Below, in pieces: positions 46,877 through 55,259 of a DNA stretch of 64,000 nt (the first letter of the stretch is position 1; each line of letters opens with the position of its first letter). The DNA lies in NCBI GenBank assembly GCA_037388025.1, contig JARRKO010000034.1, positions 32,336 to 96,335 on the forward strand. Reading direction: 5' to 3'. Below the pieces are notes generated by a model. That model had not been told where the DNA came from. It searched no databases and was given only the letters and a program-made list of their open reading frames with translations. A program made the position numbers and the translations under genes. The stretch is from Syntrophobacterales bacterium (lineage in GTDB: Bacteria > Desulfobacterota > Desulfobaccia > Desulfobaccales > 0-14-0-80-60-11).

Positions 46877-47209
46877 CTAAAACCAGTGATGGATAGAAAC
46901 TTGTAGGGCTTTGATAACACCCGAAATCCCAACGATATCCAGGCCTCCTTTCAGCTGCAGGACGCAACCGGGGCAGTCGATGACTAGCAGATCGGCGCCG
47001 GTTGCCTCCACGGCATCCAATTTTTTCTTTAATAACTCAGCAGAGAGTTCGGAGAAGACCATGGAATAGCTCCCACCCATGCCACAGCAGGTGTCTTCGT
47101 CTTGGGTGGGCAGGCATTCCAGGCCGGCGATGGCCAGCAGATCCAGTGGGCCGGGGCGAGGGCGCCCCGGCTTTGAGGAGTTGAGAGAAGAACAAGGGAC
47201 GGTTGACAA
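46877..47209 (-). CDS. Single CCG (Cys-rich, HdrD/GlcF-type) domain ORF, possibly a truncated remnant
   Basis: It contains one complete CCG domain (VPCSS...CCGMGGSYS...LLVIDCPGCVLQL). The only start is TTG with no convincing Shine-Dalgarno. These domains normally occur in pairs after a 2x[4Fe-4S] module. Confidence 0.45.
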   Translation of the reverse strand: MSTVPCSSLNSSKPGRPRPGPLDLLAIAGLECLPTQDEDTCCGMGGSYSMVFSELSAELLKKKLDAVEATGADLLVIDCPGCVLQLKGGLDIVGISGVIKALQVSIHHWF

Positions 47210-47235
47210 GCAGGGACCGCCCTTTGGTGCTCAGA

Positions 47236-47451
47236 CTACAGGCCCTTCATCCGGCACTTTTCCAGGGCCTTGTAGCCCAGAGCCACGCAAATGGATTTAC
47301 AGGAGGCGCAGGCAATGCACAGGTCAATGTCCACGTTGATGGCCTCTGGTTCTTCGAAGATGGCTTGAGTCGGACAGATGCGCATGGCAAAACAGTCCTG
47401 ACAAAAATTGGGGCAGATCGTTTTCTTATGGGCAGCTTCTCGACGGATCAT
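47236..47451 (-). CDS. Small 2x[4Fe-4S]-type ferredoxin-domain protein (71 aa)
   Basis: Cys clusters CPNFCQDCFAMRICP and CIACASCKSIC. It lies directly downstream of the FMN enzyme gene. Confidence 0.6.
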   Translation of the reverse strand: MIRREAAHKKTICPNFCQDCFAMRICPTQAIFEEPEAINVDIDLCIACASCKSICVALGYKALEKCRMKGL

Positions 47452-47469
47452 AATTTCACTCCTGTAAGG

Positions 47470-49068
47470 CTAGTTTGATTCTGCAAGATGGCGGATCCGG
47501 GGTATTCCCAGGATTCTGTCCACTTCTTCCCGATCCGATTCCATAACATAAGGGATGCCCGAGATCTCCGCGGCTTCCCGGGTCAGGGCTACCAGGTCGT
47601 CCCGGCTGATATATTTCAGGGCAAACTTTCTGGCACCGGCCATGAGCTGTTGCAGACCCTGGCGCAGACGGTCGATGTAGGAATATATGCCGATGGCGCC
47701 GGCCGGAATCTTCCCAAAGTCTTTGCCGAATTGCTTTCTGAGGTGGGCTCCCACCGCGAAAAGCCTCTCGAAGCCTTCTTCTACGGACTTGCGTTGCTTC
47801 TCCATCTTGATGGCCATGAGCTTCCCGTGGGTTTTGCCTACCATGGCTGCGGTCATGATGGCGCGGCCCAGGCAGATGGCCTTGACATAGGGCGCACCCA
47901 AGGCCAGGGCCTTGAAAATATGGTCTTCCATGCTGAGACCGCCGGCAATGGCGATGGGCGGGACATAGGCACCCTGTTTCCGCAGGTGCTCGCACATTTG
48001 GTAGGCCAGACACTCCAGGTGCACCGTGGGAATGCCCCACTCGTTCATCATGCGCCAGGGGCTCATGCCGGTACCGCCCCCGGCCCCGTCTATGGTGAGG
48101 AGATCGATCTTGGCCATGGAAGAGAACTTAATGGCCCTGGCTAAATCCGCCGGCCGATAAGCCCCGGTCTTCAGGGTCACATACTTGGCCCCCAGATGGC
48201 GCAGGCGATCCACTTCCTTGTAGAAATCACCCTCCGTCACCATGCCCAGACGGGAGTGGCGCTCGAACTCGGTGATACCCCCCATCTGAAAAGCTTCTTG
48301 GGTCTCCTGTTCCCGGGGGTCGGGGAGCACAAGGTAATTCCGCTCCTTAAGCTGCAGGGCCCGCTCCAGACTGGGGAGCTTCACCTCTCCGCCGATGTCC
48401 TTGGCCCCTTGGCCCCACTTGAGCTCCAGGATCTCCACATCGTGTTTATCAATGACATACTCAATGGCGCCCAGGCGGGTGTCTTCCACGTTGGCCTGGA
48501 CTATGATGCCACCTTTGCCGTTATGCCATTGTTTGAAAGTGTTGATACGACGGTCCATTTCCGGCGATTTCACCACCCGGCCATGTCTGACTTCCAACTG
48601 GGGGTCCATGCCACAAACATTTTCGCCCACGATGACCATGATCCCGGAGATGGCCGCGCCCACTGCCATCTCCTCCCAGTTGAGGCGAGCAATCTCGGTG
48701 GAGCCCACCGCACCGGTAAATACCGGAAAATCCATGACGATGGTGCCGTTGGCTCCCAATTTGGTGGTGCAGTCCACCGCCGGAAAGACAGCCTTGTCCG
48801 GGTCAGCCTCCATCCCCACGGCCCCCACACAGGTACCCTGGATGTTGAAGTGGGAGAGATCTATCGGGTAATCTTTTTCAGCTCCAGCAATGACCTTGCC
48901 GAAAGGTTGGGGGTAGATGACCTCCCGACCCTTTAAGGCCGAGCGGCCGATTTCACAAGGACCTTCACATCCATCCAGGCAGGTGACGCAAATGCCCGAG
49001 ATGGGGGCAGGGTCCACTCGGTTAGTGGTAATGGTGGCGGCACTACGGTTCGGTTTACTGAAAGACAT
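47470..49068 (-). CDS. Glutamate-synthase-related FMN-binding protein (GltB central-domain family) with an N-terminal Cys cluster
   Basis: The TIM-barrel FMN motifs are those of the GltS FMN domain (DLLTIDGAGGGTGMSP, IAIAGGLSMEDHIFKALALGA). The N-terminus carries CVTCLDGCEGPCEIG. Confidence 0.8.
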   Translation of the reverse strand: MSFSKPNRSAATITTNRVDPAPISGICVTCLDGCEGPCEIGRSALKGREVIYPQPFGKVIAGAEKDYPIDLSHFNIQGTCVGAVGMEADPDKAVFPAVDCTTKLGANGTIVMDFPVFTGAVGSTEIARLNWEEMAVGAAISGIMVIVGENVCGMDPQLEVRHGRVVKSPEMDRRINTFKQWHNGKGGIIVQANVEDTRLGAIEYVIDKHDVEILELKWGQGAKDIGGEVKLPSLERALQLKERNYLVLPDPREQETQEAFQMGGITEFERHSRLGMVTEGDFYKEVDRLRHLGAKYVTLKTGAYRPADLARAIKFSSMAKIDLLTIDGAGGGTGMSPWRMMNEWGIPTVHLECLAYQMCEHLRKQGAYVPPIAIAGGLSMEDHIFKALALGAPYVKAICLGRAIMTAAMVGKTHGKLMAIKMEKQRKSVEEGFERLFAVGAHLRKQFGKDFGKIPAGAIGIYSYIDRLRQGLQQLMAGARKFALKYISRDDLVALTREAAEISGIPYVMESDREEVDRILGIPRIRHLAESN

Positions 49069-49239
49069 GCATCCACTCCTTTCCCTGGATTACACCAAAA
49101 TTAGGTTGAGTTTTGACAAGCAGAAGGGAAGGGAATCAAGCCAAAAATTAATTATATATGCAAATTATAGACCAAATATTAGCTAAACTTAATTTTAGGG
49201 GAAAATTAGAGGGTTATGGTCGGATGCTTAAAAAGTTCT

Positions 49240-49266
49240 ACTTACAATCTTTACATACTTGTAAGT
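49240..49266. promoter_or_regulatory. Inverted repeat ACTTACAA-N11-TTGTAAGT in the divergent promoter region (candidate operator)
   Basis: Perfect 8-bp arms (49240-49247 and 49259-49266) lie between the FMN-enzyme gene (minus) and the HTH regulator gene (plus). Confidence 0.4.
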
Positions 49267-49381
49267 TTTGCTAAATATTAAGCAAAAAATTTAACCACAA
49301 AGCAAGGAATTTTTTCAGAAAAATTGCCCCTGGTCCAAAAATCCGGGAAGATTCCCCTCTGCCGCCAACTTCGGAAGGTGC

Positions 49382-49410
49382 TTGACGCCATCCCAGCAGT
49401 CCCGTAATAT
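49382..49410 (+). promoter_or_regulatory. Sigma-70-type promoter for the regulator gene
   Basis: TTGACG (49382-49387), a 17-nt spacer and TAATAT (49405-49410), about 40 nt upstream of the ATG at 49449. Confidence 0.6.
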
Positions 49411-49448
49411 TGAGGTAAATTCATAACTTGACCAGGGGAGTCTTCCCC

Positions 49449-50744
49449 ATGCCCATTGCCAAACAGCGCGTTCCGTCCGGAGTAAACCGCCTGGACCTGC
49501 TTCTCGGGGGCCTTTATATCGGAGACAACGTCGTCTGGCACGACGATGCCGCCTCCCTCGCCCCCATCTTTTGTCATAACTTCATCAAGGCCTCGGAGCA
49601 TCAGGATAAACCGATCGTCTACATTTGCTTTGATCGCTCCCCGAAAAATCTGCTGGAAAAATTGGGATCCCTGGCCGACTACCCGGCCCTCACCCTGCTG
49701 GATTGCTTCACCAGCGGCAAAGGCAAAGAAGCCGGCACCTTTGTCAAGTTTTATGAGGAGGGTGAGCTTCCCTGCCGGGTCGTCAAGGTCCAAAAGCCCC
49801 AGGATGTTCGGGAGTTTGAGGACGTCCTGTACCAGACCCATGGCCAGTTGACCGGGGATGTGCGGTTGATATTCGAGAGTGTTACCGGCATGCAGGAACT
49901 CTGGGGAGGCGAAGAGCGTTTCCTCGATTTTTACGCCCATTCCTGTCCCCGCCTCTATGACCTCAACACCATTGCTTACTGGACCCTGGCCAAGCACGCC
50001 CATTCCCAGCGTTTCCGGGCTGCCATCAACCAGATCGCCCAGGTCGCCATTGAGCTTACCATCAAGCGGGGGACCACCTCCCTGACTATTTTGAAAGCGG
50101 AGCAGCGCAATCCCGAAGAATTTGACAAACCCCACGTCTACTGGACCAAAGATCAGAACGTGGTGTTCGAGGGGGAAAAGCGCACCTCCGGCAAGAACTA
50201 TTTGGGCCAGCGCCTCAAGGAATTTCGGCGCAAGCGGGGGATATCCCAGACTGAACTGGCCAGGTTGGTGGGGGTTACCGCCAGCACCATTTCCCAGATT
50301 GAGGGCGATATTATTTATCCTTCTCTGCCAGCCCTTCTCAAGATCGCGGAGGTCCTGGCCGTGGAGGTAACCTCTTTCTTTGAAGGCGGAGACGCAGGGC
50401 AACGGCGCGTAGTTTTCACTCCCGGGGACGCGATGGAGGTGAAACTGAAAGATTTGCCGGAAGGCGCCGCTTTAGCCAAGCTCCTTCACCCCGTGGACCT
50501 CAGTATGAAGGCCGAACCCTATCTCATCGATATTCCCCCGAAGCAGACCCTCCCCGGGCACTTCTTTTTCCATAAGGGGGAGGAGGTGGGGTATGTGCTG
50601 TCCGGTCGGCTTCAGGTGCGGGTGGGCCAGGCAGTTCACACCCTCAAGGCCGGCGACGTTGTTTATCTCACTTCAGAAATCCCCAGTGAATGGAAGAACC
50701 CCGGATCCACCCCCGCACGACTGTTCTGGGTCACCATCAAGTAA
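49449..50744 (+). CDS. Transcriptional regulator: degenerate KaiC/RecA-like domain, XRE-type HTH and a cupin domain
   Basis: The N-terminal RecA/KaiC-like fold (RVPSGVNRLDLLLGGL..., VRLIFESVTGM) has no Walker A; WHDDAASL occupies the place of GxxGxGKT. The HTH is LGQRLKEFRRKRGISQTELARLVGVTASTISQIE. The cupin is FHKGEEVGYVLSGRLQVRV...AGDVVYL. An AGGGGAG Shine-Dalgarno precedes the ATG at 49449. Confidence 0.8.
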   Translation: MPIAKQRVPSGVNRLDLLLGGLYIGDNVVWHDDAASLAPIFCHNFIKASEHQDKPIVYICFDRSPKNLLEKLGSLADYPALTLLDCFTSGKGKEAGTFVKFYEEGELPCRVVKVQKPQDVREFEDVLYQTHGQLTGDVRLIFESVTGMQELWGGEERFLDFYAHSCPRLYDLNTIAYWTLAKHAHSQRFRAAINQIAQVAIELTIKRGTTSLTILKAEQRNPEEFDKPHVYWTKDQNVVFEGEKRTSGKNYLGQRLKEFRRKRGISQTELARLVGVTASTISQIEGDIIYPSLPALLKIAEVLAVEVTSFFEGGDAGQRRVVFTPGDAMEVKLKDLPEGAALAKLLHPVDLSMKAEPYLIDIPPKQTLPGHFFFHKGEEVGYVLSGRLQVRVGQAVHTLKAGDVVYLTSEIPSEWKNPGSTPARLFWVTIK

Positions 50745-50838
50745 AGAAGACAGAGAATATTTTTTCCTTTGATGAGGGGCGCTTCCCTTTGGCACAGGTC
50801 CAAGAAGGAATCTCTTCGAGAAGAACTGAAATTCAAGA

Positions 50839-51042
50839 TAACTTGCCAAACCTCGCAGTTATCACCAGACATTCAAGAATAGCAGCTATAGTTTGAATAT
50901 CAGAACAAGGCGGGGCAGATCCGTGGATGGGTTTCGGGGACCCTTGGGAGATTAGGCCCTGGATGAGAGGCTCAATGTTTTGATATGGGATAGATATGTA
51001 GAATTTTCAAAGACTTGATAAGTTTCTGCTTAGAGCAGATAG
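50839..51042 (+). repeat. Repeat family R, copy R5 (204 bp)
   Basis: TAACTTGCCAAACCTCGCAGTTATCACCAGAC...AATAGCAGCTATAGTTTGAATATCAGAACAAGGCGGGGCAGATCCGTGGATGGG...GACTTGATAAGTTTCTGCTTAGAGCAGATAG. Its closest relative is the copy at 61604-61807. Confidence 0.9.
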
Positions 51043-51212
51043 TTTCAAAGTTCTTAACATATTGCCACTACATTTCTTGGAGCAAAACCAGGAATTGAGT
51101 TTCATAAAGTAGTGGCAGGCTTTCGTGGGTTTTTCGGAGTGCGATAGATATAGTCAACTGTATTCTTAGCCCAGAGCCGCTCATGCAGTTGCGCAAGGGG
51201 TCTAGGTACCAG

Positions 51213-51578
51213 TCAAGAATTATGGTTCAAACGACCATCTTTGAGACGGTAAACATAATCGAACCCTTCGATCATCCTGACATTGTGGGCACTCCCGATC
51301 AGACCAGTGGCGTTGGGGGCTATTTTGTCAATCTTCAAACCCCATAGAATGGAGGGCACAATGAAAATTCCACCGTATGCCGCGTATACCATGCCGAAAT
51401 GAGCCGGTTGCAGAGTGGGGATAATTCCCTAGATCACCAGCACCGCTCCCCAGAGCACTCCAAGCCAGGCACTTTTATCTTCTGGCAGCCAAAACCACAC
51501 CAGGTATCCACCGTCAATTTCACACAAACCAGCCAGAATGAAAAAGATCAGGGATGGGATGATCTGGATTAGTTTTAT
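51213..51578 (-). pseudogene. ynfA: Decayed YnfA/UPF0060-family membrane protein gene: ATA in place of the start, in-frame TAG, 3' end replaced by an ABC-ATPase gene tail
   Basis: A single frame reads [32 protein letters not shown]...[28 protein letters not shown]...LIGSAH. It then continues [23 protein letters not shown]. The TAG is at 51429-51431. Bases 51235-51292 are nearly identical to 53390-53448, the 3' end of the ATPase gene. Confidence 0.75.
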
Positions 51579-51603
51579 GATTATTCCTTATCAATATCAT
51601 GAA

Positions 51604-53241
51604 TTACTCAGCCAGCTCTTCAATGGTATATAAGGTAATAACACCCTGAATCCCTTTAAGTTGGGCTTCAAACTCTCTTTTGACCACCAAATCATGATGG
51701 AGATAATGATAAATAGATTCAGAGATTATTACTTCCCCGCCCTGCGCCTGCATCTGGATACGACTAGCCAGGTTGACCGCCGAGCCGATGATACCATATT
51801 TGGCTCGGTTTTCGGAGCCGATATTGCCGACCACCACCTCTCCGGCATGTAAGCCAACGCCCAGATTAAGGGGAGGAACAGCCATTTCGACATCGGAGAT
51901 GTTAACCTTGCTCATGGCCTGCTGCATTTCCAAAGAGCATCGCAGAGCTTGTCGCATGGTGTGGGGTAAAGGCGCATCCAGGGGATCGAAGAAGGCCAGG
52001 ATGGCATCCCCTAAGAAATCAACGATAATGCCATGATATCGCTGGATAACTTGGATCATTTCAGAAAAAAAGCGGTTCATCAATTGAATGGTCGCTTCCG
52101 GACTAAGACATTCCGCCAAGGGGGTGAACCCACGAATATCGGCGAAAAGAATAACTACCTCCCGTTTCTCCCCGCCAAGACGGGTTGCCTCCGGTCGCTG
52201 CAACAATTTCCTGGCTATTTCAGGGTCAACATAGCGACCAAACGTATCGGTGACAAAATCCCGCTCCTTTAATCCTGCCACCATGTCATTGAAGGTCCTG
52301 GTCAACTGCCCGAATTCATCCTGGGATCGCACCGGTAAGGGGTCCCCATAATTCCCTTGGGCTACCTGGGTGGACTTTTGGGATATTTTCTGGATCGACC
52401 TGATCATGGGCCTCACGCCTATTCGGATGAACAGCAGGATCACTGCGAGGCAAATAATACCGGCCAAGGGATAAACCAAACCAAAGTGCAGGGCCGGCAT
52501 GATAATCTGCTGGCCCGAGGCATGCAGCACGATGACCAAAGGGGCGGCAGGTAATCGATAAAAGCCGATCACTTGACCTTGGTCACCGATAATGCCGAAA
52601 GGTTTCTCTTTGATGCCTTTGCGGATGACCGATCTGATAAAATCTCGATTATCCGCCGGAAGTGGTCGGCCTTCCTTCTCGGTGGCTACATGGGCCAGTC
52701 TGTTTCCCTGGTCATCCAACAGGCAAGCACCATTCGCTTGCAACCAGCTCGAAACAAGCAAATCTTGCATGAGAGAGGAGAATTTTATCTGAACCTCAAT
52801 CCGACCCAAAGGATGTCCGGCATCATCAAGGAGGTTAGACCTGAGACCTAAAGTATCCCCTTGTTCAGGGTAAAAATATTCAGGAGGAGATGCTTTTACT
52901 ATCTTTGTCCAGCCTTTTTCTGATCCCTGCCAGGTTAACCGGACCAAGCTAACACCCTCTTGGTTCTGTAATTGCTTAAGTATCCATCCCTGTATTTCCT
53001 TCGCAGCGGGTTCCTGCCCGGCTCGGCCAAATGACTCAATCAAGTTAACCGAATTGTTCAACCTGGCTTCCAACCGCTGGGAAGCTCGCGCCATTTGAAG
53101 AACGGCGATCTCTTGCCACCGGCTGGACAGGCCTTCACGGATATAAAAGAACCCTGCTACACCGATGCTGCTCAAAATGACCACTATCGGCAGGATTACA
53201 AAAACGATTAGCTTTTGCTGTAGACTCTTCATCCCGATCAT
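51604..53241 (-). CDS. Membrane adenylate/guanylate cyclase (periplasmic sensor, HAMP, class III cyclase domain)
   Basis: Two TM helices around a periplasmic domain of about 230 aa. The HAMP region is followed by the cyclase core (VVILFADIRGFTPLAE..., GDAILAFF, VGLHAGEVVVGNIGS, YGIIGSAVNLASR). Confidence 0.9.
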   Translation of the reverse strand: MIGMKSLQQKLIVFVILPIVVILSSIGVAGFFYIREGLSSRWQEIAVLQMARASQRLEARLNNSVNLIESFGRAGQEPAAKEIQGWILKQLQNQEGVSLVRLTWQGSEKGWTKIVKASPPEYFYPEQGDTLGLRSNLLDDAGHPLGRIEVQIKFSSLMQDLLVSSWLQANGACLLDDQGNRLAHVATEKEGRPLPADNRDFIRSVIRKGIKEKPFGIIGDQGQVIGFYRLPAAPLVIVLHASGQQIIMPALHFGLVYPLAGIICLAVILLFIRIGVRPMIRSIQKISQKSTQVAQGNYGDPLPVRSQDEFGQLTRTFNDMVAGLKERDFVTDTFGRYVDPEIARKLLQRPEATRLGGEKREVVILFADIRGFTPLAECLSPEATIQLMNRFFSEMIQVIQRYHGIIVDFLGDAILAFFDPLDAPLPHTMRQALRCSLEMQQAMSKVNISDVEMAVPPLNLGVGLHAGEVVVGNIGSENRAKYGIIGSAVNLASRIQMQAQGGEVIISESIYHYLHHDLVVKREFEAQLKGIQGVITLYTIEELAE

Positions 53242-53367
53242 GGCAATAAGTGGGTATGTGGCTCCCGAGGCAGTCGGCTACGGCTTAATTATGGGGTATC
53301 ACTTTAAAAGTGTCAGGCATCAGAGTGAACTTCAGAGGCCGGGGGCTAAAGTTTCTCTTTTAGTCAG

Positions 53368-54057
53368 TTAATGATTGTTGCTAAGCCGGCCATCTTTGAG
53401 ATGGTAAACATAATCGAACCCTTCGATCATCCTGACATCATGGGTCACCACGATAACCGCGGATTGATTCTCCTTGGCGATTCGCTTCAATAACTCCATA
53501 ACCTTCTTGCCCCTGGTGGTATCCAGAGAAGCCGTAGGTTCATCGGCCAAGATGAGCCTGGGGTTGTTGGCCAGGGCCCGGGCTATGGCTACCCGCTGCT
53601 GTTCGCCGCCGGAGAGAAGGGCAGGGAGGTAATCCGCCCGATCAGCTATCTCCATAATATCCAAGAGTTCCATAACCCGGTTATGGGCAGCCTCGCCCTT
53701 GATGTCCACCAGGCTCAGGGGGAACAGGACGTTTTGTCGGGCCGTCAGAAAAGGAATGAGATTGTGGGCCTGGAAGACAAAACCCATCTTTTCCCGGCGA
53801 ACACGGCGAATGTCCACCCCGCCGGACCAGCCGTTTTTCTGAAAAATCGTCTGCCCATCAAAGAGGATTTTCCCCTGGGTAGGTTCAAGAATCAGGCTGG
53901 TGCAGAGCAGCATGGTGGTCTTGCCCGAGCCGCTGGGTCCCAAAAGGGCCACCAGATCCCCGGGGGACACCGAAAGATTGATATCCTCCAGGGCCCGCAC
54001 CTCCAGGCGGCCAGACCCGAAAATCTTACTGAGGCCCTCGATCCCCAGGACTTCCAT
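53368..54057 (-). CDS. ABC transporter ATP-binding protein (MacB/LolD-type)
   Basis: Walker [10 protein letters not shown], signature [15 protein letters not shown], Walker B LILADEPT and H-loop VVTHD. Confidence 0.92.
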   Translation of the reverse strand: MEVLGIEGLSKIFGSGRLEVRALEDINLSVSPGDLVALLGPSGSGKTTMLLCTSLILEPTQGKILFDGQTIFQKNGWSGGVDIRRVRREKMGFVFQAHNLIPFLTARQNVLFPLSLVDIKGEAAHNRVMELLDIMEIADRADYLPALLSGGEQQRVAIARALANNPRLILADEPTASLDTTRGKKVMELLKRIAKENQSAVIVVTHDVRMIEGFDYVYHLKDGRLSNNH

Positions 54058-55259
54058 TACTGACCTCCCAGGGCCATGGCGGGCTGAGTCTTAATGGCCT
54101 GCCACAGGCCCAGAATGCTGGCCAAAATGCCACCGAACAAGACCACGATAAAAGTGATAAGCTCATCGCTCGGGACCAGCAGGATGGTCTTGGGAAAATA
54201 GGGATGAGTCTGATTGATCAATACCAGGGCGAAGGCAAAGGCGCTGATGGTCAGGAGCAGGGATTGCTCCAGCACCAGGCGGATGATCACCTGGTTAGGA
54301 GCGCCGATGAGCTTCATTACCGCAATGGAGCGAATCTTTTCCATGGTGAAGGTGTAGATCACCAAAGCGATGATGACCACGGAGACGATGAGTAAAAGGG
54401 TCCGGAACAACAGGAGCTGCTTGGTCATACCAGCCAGACGCCCTTTCAGCATGAGTTCAATTTCTTGTTCCGTGGTGTACACCGACAAGTAGAGCCAATT
54501 TTTGATGTTAGCGGCCACGGCGGCGCGATCCGCGCCAGGCTTCAGGTGCACCAGGACGGCATTAATGATGTGAGTGTCCGGCACCAGGGCCGCGGTTAGA
54601 GTGGCCGCGGCCGTTGGGGTCAACGATCTCTGGCCGTTCAAGATCCGGGCCAGCCGTTCCCGCTGGGTGCGCACCTCTTCATTATCTTTCTGATACGCTA
54701 TTTCCTGGGCGTCAGGCAAGGAGAGGAAAACCAGGGGGTCGCCGTTGGTATCGATGGCCCCCTGAGTCAGGCCCACTACCGTGTAAGTATGGAGGCCCAG
54801 GGGCACCCGGTCCCCCAGACCCACGCCCAACTTTTTATCAGCCACCATTTCATAATGGGCCTGCTGCAAGCCCCGGCCCGCAACAATCCTTTGAGGCCCA
54901 CCCAACCCGACAAAGACGTCATAGCCGATGATGCTGAAATGGCGGCTCTGGTCGCCGATCTGGCGTTCCAAAGTATAGTAGATAAAGGGACAGGCCTTCT
55001 CCACCCCGGGAATGGCCTTGACAGTGTGGTGATAATCTTCGGCCAGGGTGGACTGCTCGTTAAAGGGCCCGCCCCGGTTGCGTTCCACCACCCAGAGGTC
55101 GGGATTGGTGGCCTTGATAACTGACAGACCCTCGTAGATATTGCCCCGGTACAGACCGTTCATGGCCAGCACGATGGTAAAAAGCAGGCCCACGCCGATG
55201 ATGGTGGCAATGAACCGGCCCTTGTAGAGCTTGAGGTCATAGACCGCTAAATCCATCAA
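54057..55259 (-). CDS. ABC transporter permease (FtsX/MacB-type, 4 TM with a large periplasmic loop)
   Basis: TM1, a periplasmic domain of about 230 aa, then three C-terminal TM helices of the FtsX-like fold. Its stop and start abut the neighbouring genes. Confidence 0.85.
   Translation of the reverse strand: MMDLAVYDLKLYKGRFIATIIGVGLLFTIVLAMNGLYRGNIYEGLSVIKATNPDLWVVERNRGGPFNEQSTLAEDYHHTVKAIPGVEKACPFIYYTLERQIGDQSRHFSIIGYDVFVGLGGPQRIVAGRGLQQAHYEMVADKKLGVGLGDRVPLGLHTYTVVGLTQGAIDTNGDPLVFLSLPDAQEIAYQKDNEEVRTQRERLARILNGQRSLTPTAAATLTAALVPDTHIINAVLVHLKPGADRAAVAANIKNWLYLSVYTTEQEIELMLKGRLAGMTKQLLLFRTLLLIVSVVIIALVIYTFTMEKIRSIAVMKLIGAPNQVIIRLVLEQSLLLTISAFAFALVLINQTHPYFPKTILLVPSDELITFIVVLFGGILASILGLWQAIKTQPAMALGGQ

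Noticed and set aside
47231-47233. The TGA just upstream of the CCG-domain ORF as a possible second selenocysteine codon, which would join it to an upstream reading frame.
   Set aside because: Extending the frame upstream gives a meaningless peptide that overlaps the ferredoxin ORF in another frame and soon hits TAA. No Cys-homologous position is involved.
49278-50402. A 374-aa ORF on the minus strand, plus other long antisense ORFs (e.g. 22498-23853, 20284-20916, 21685-22425, 11658-12428, 12251-13060, 1758-2294, 47488-48144, 48196-48936, 38592-39047).
   Set aside because: Each lies entirely antisense to a gene with strong domain evidence. Their translations are low-complexity (Gly/Pro/Arg-rich) and carry no motifs. 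Such ORFs are typical shadow ORFs of GC-rich DNA.
51429-51431. The in-frame TAG in the ynfA-like frame as a possible pyrrolysine or readthrough codon.
   Set aside because: The gene also lacks an ATG start (ATA) and has a foreign 3' end. Multiple independent lesions indicate a pseudogene. There are no Pyl genes in the window.
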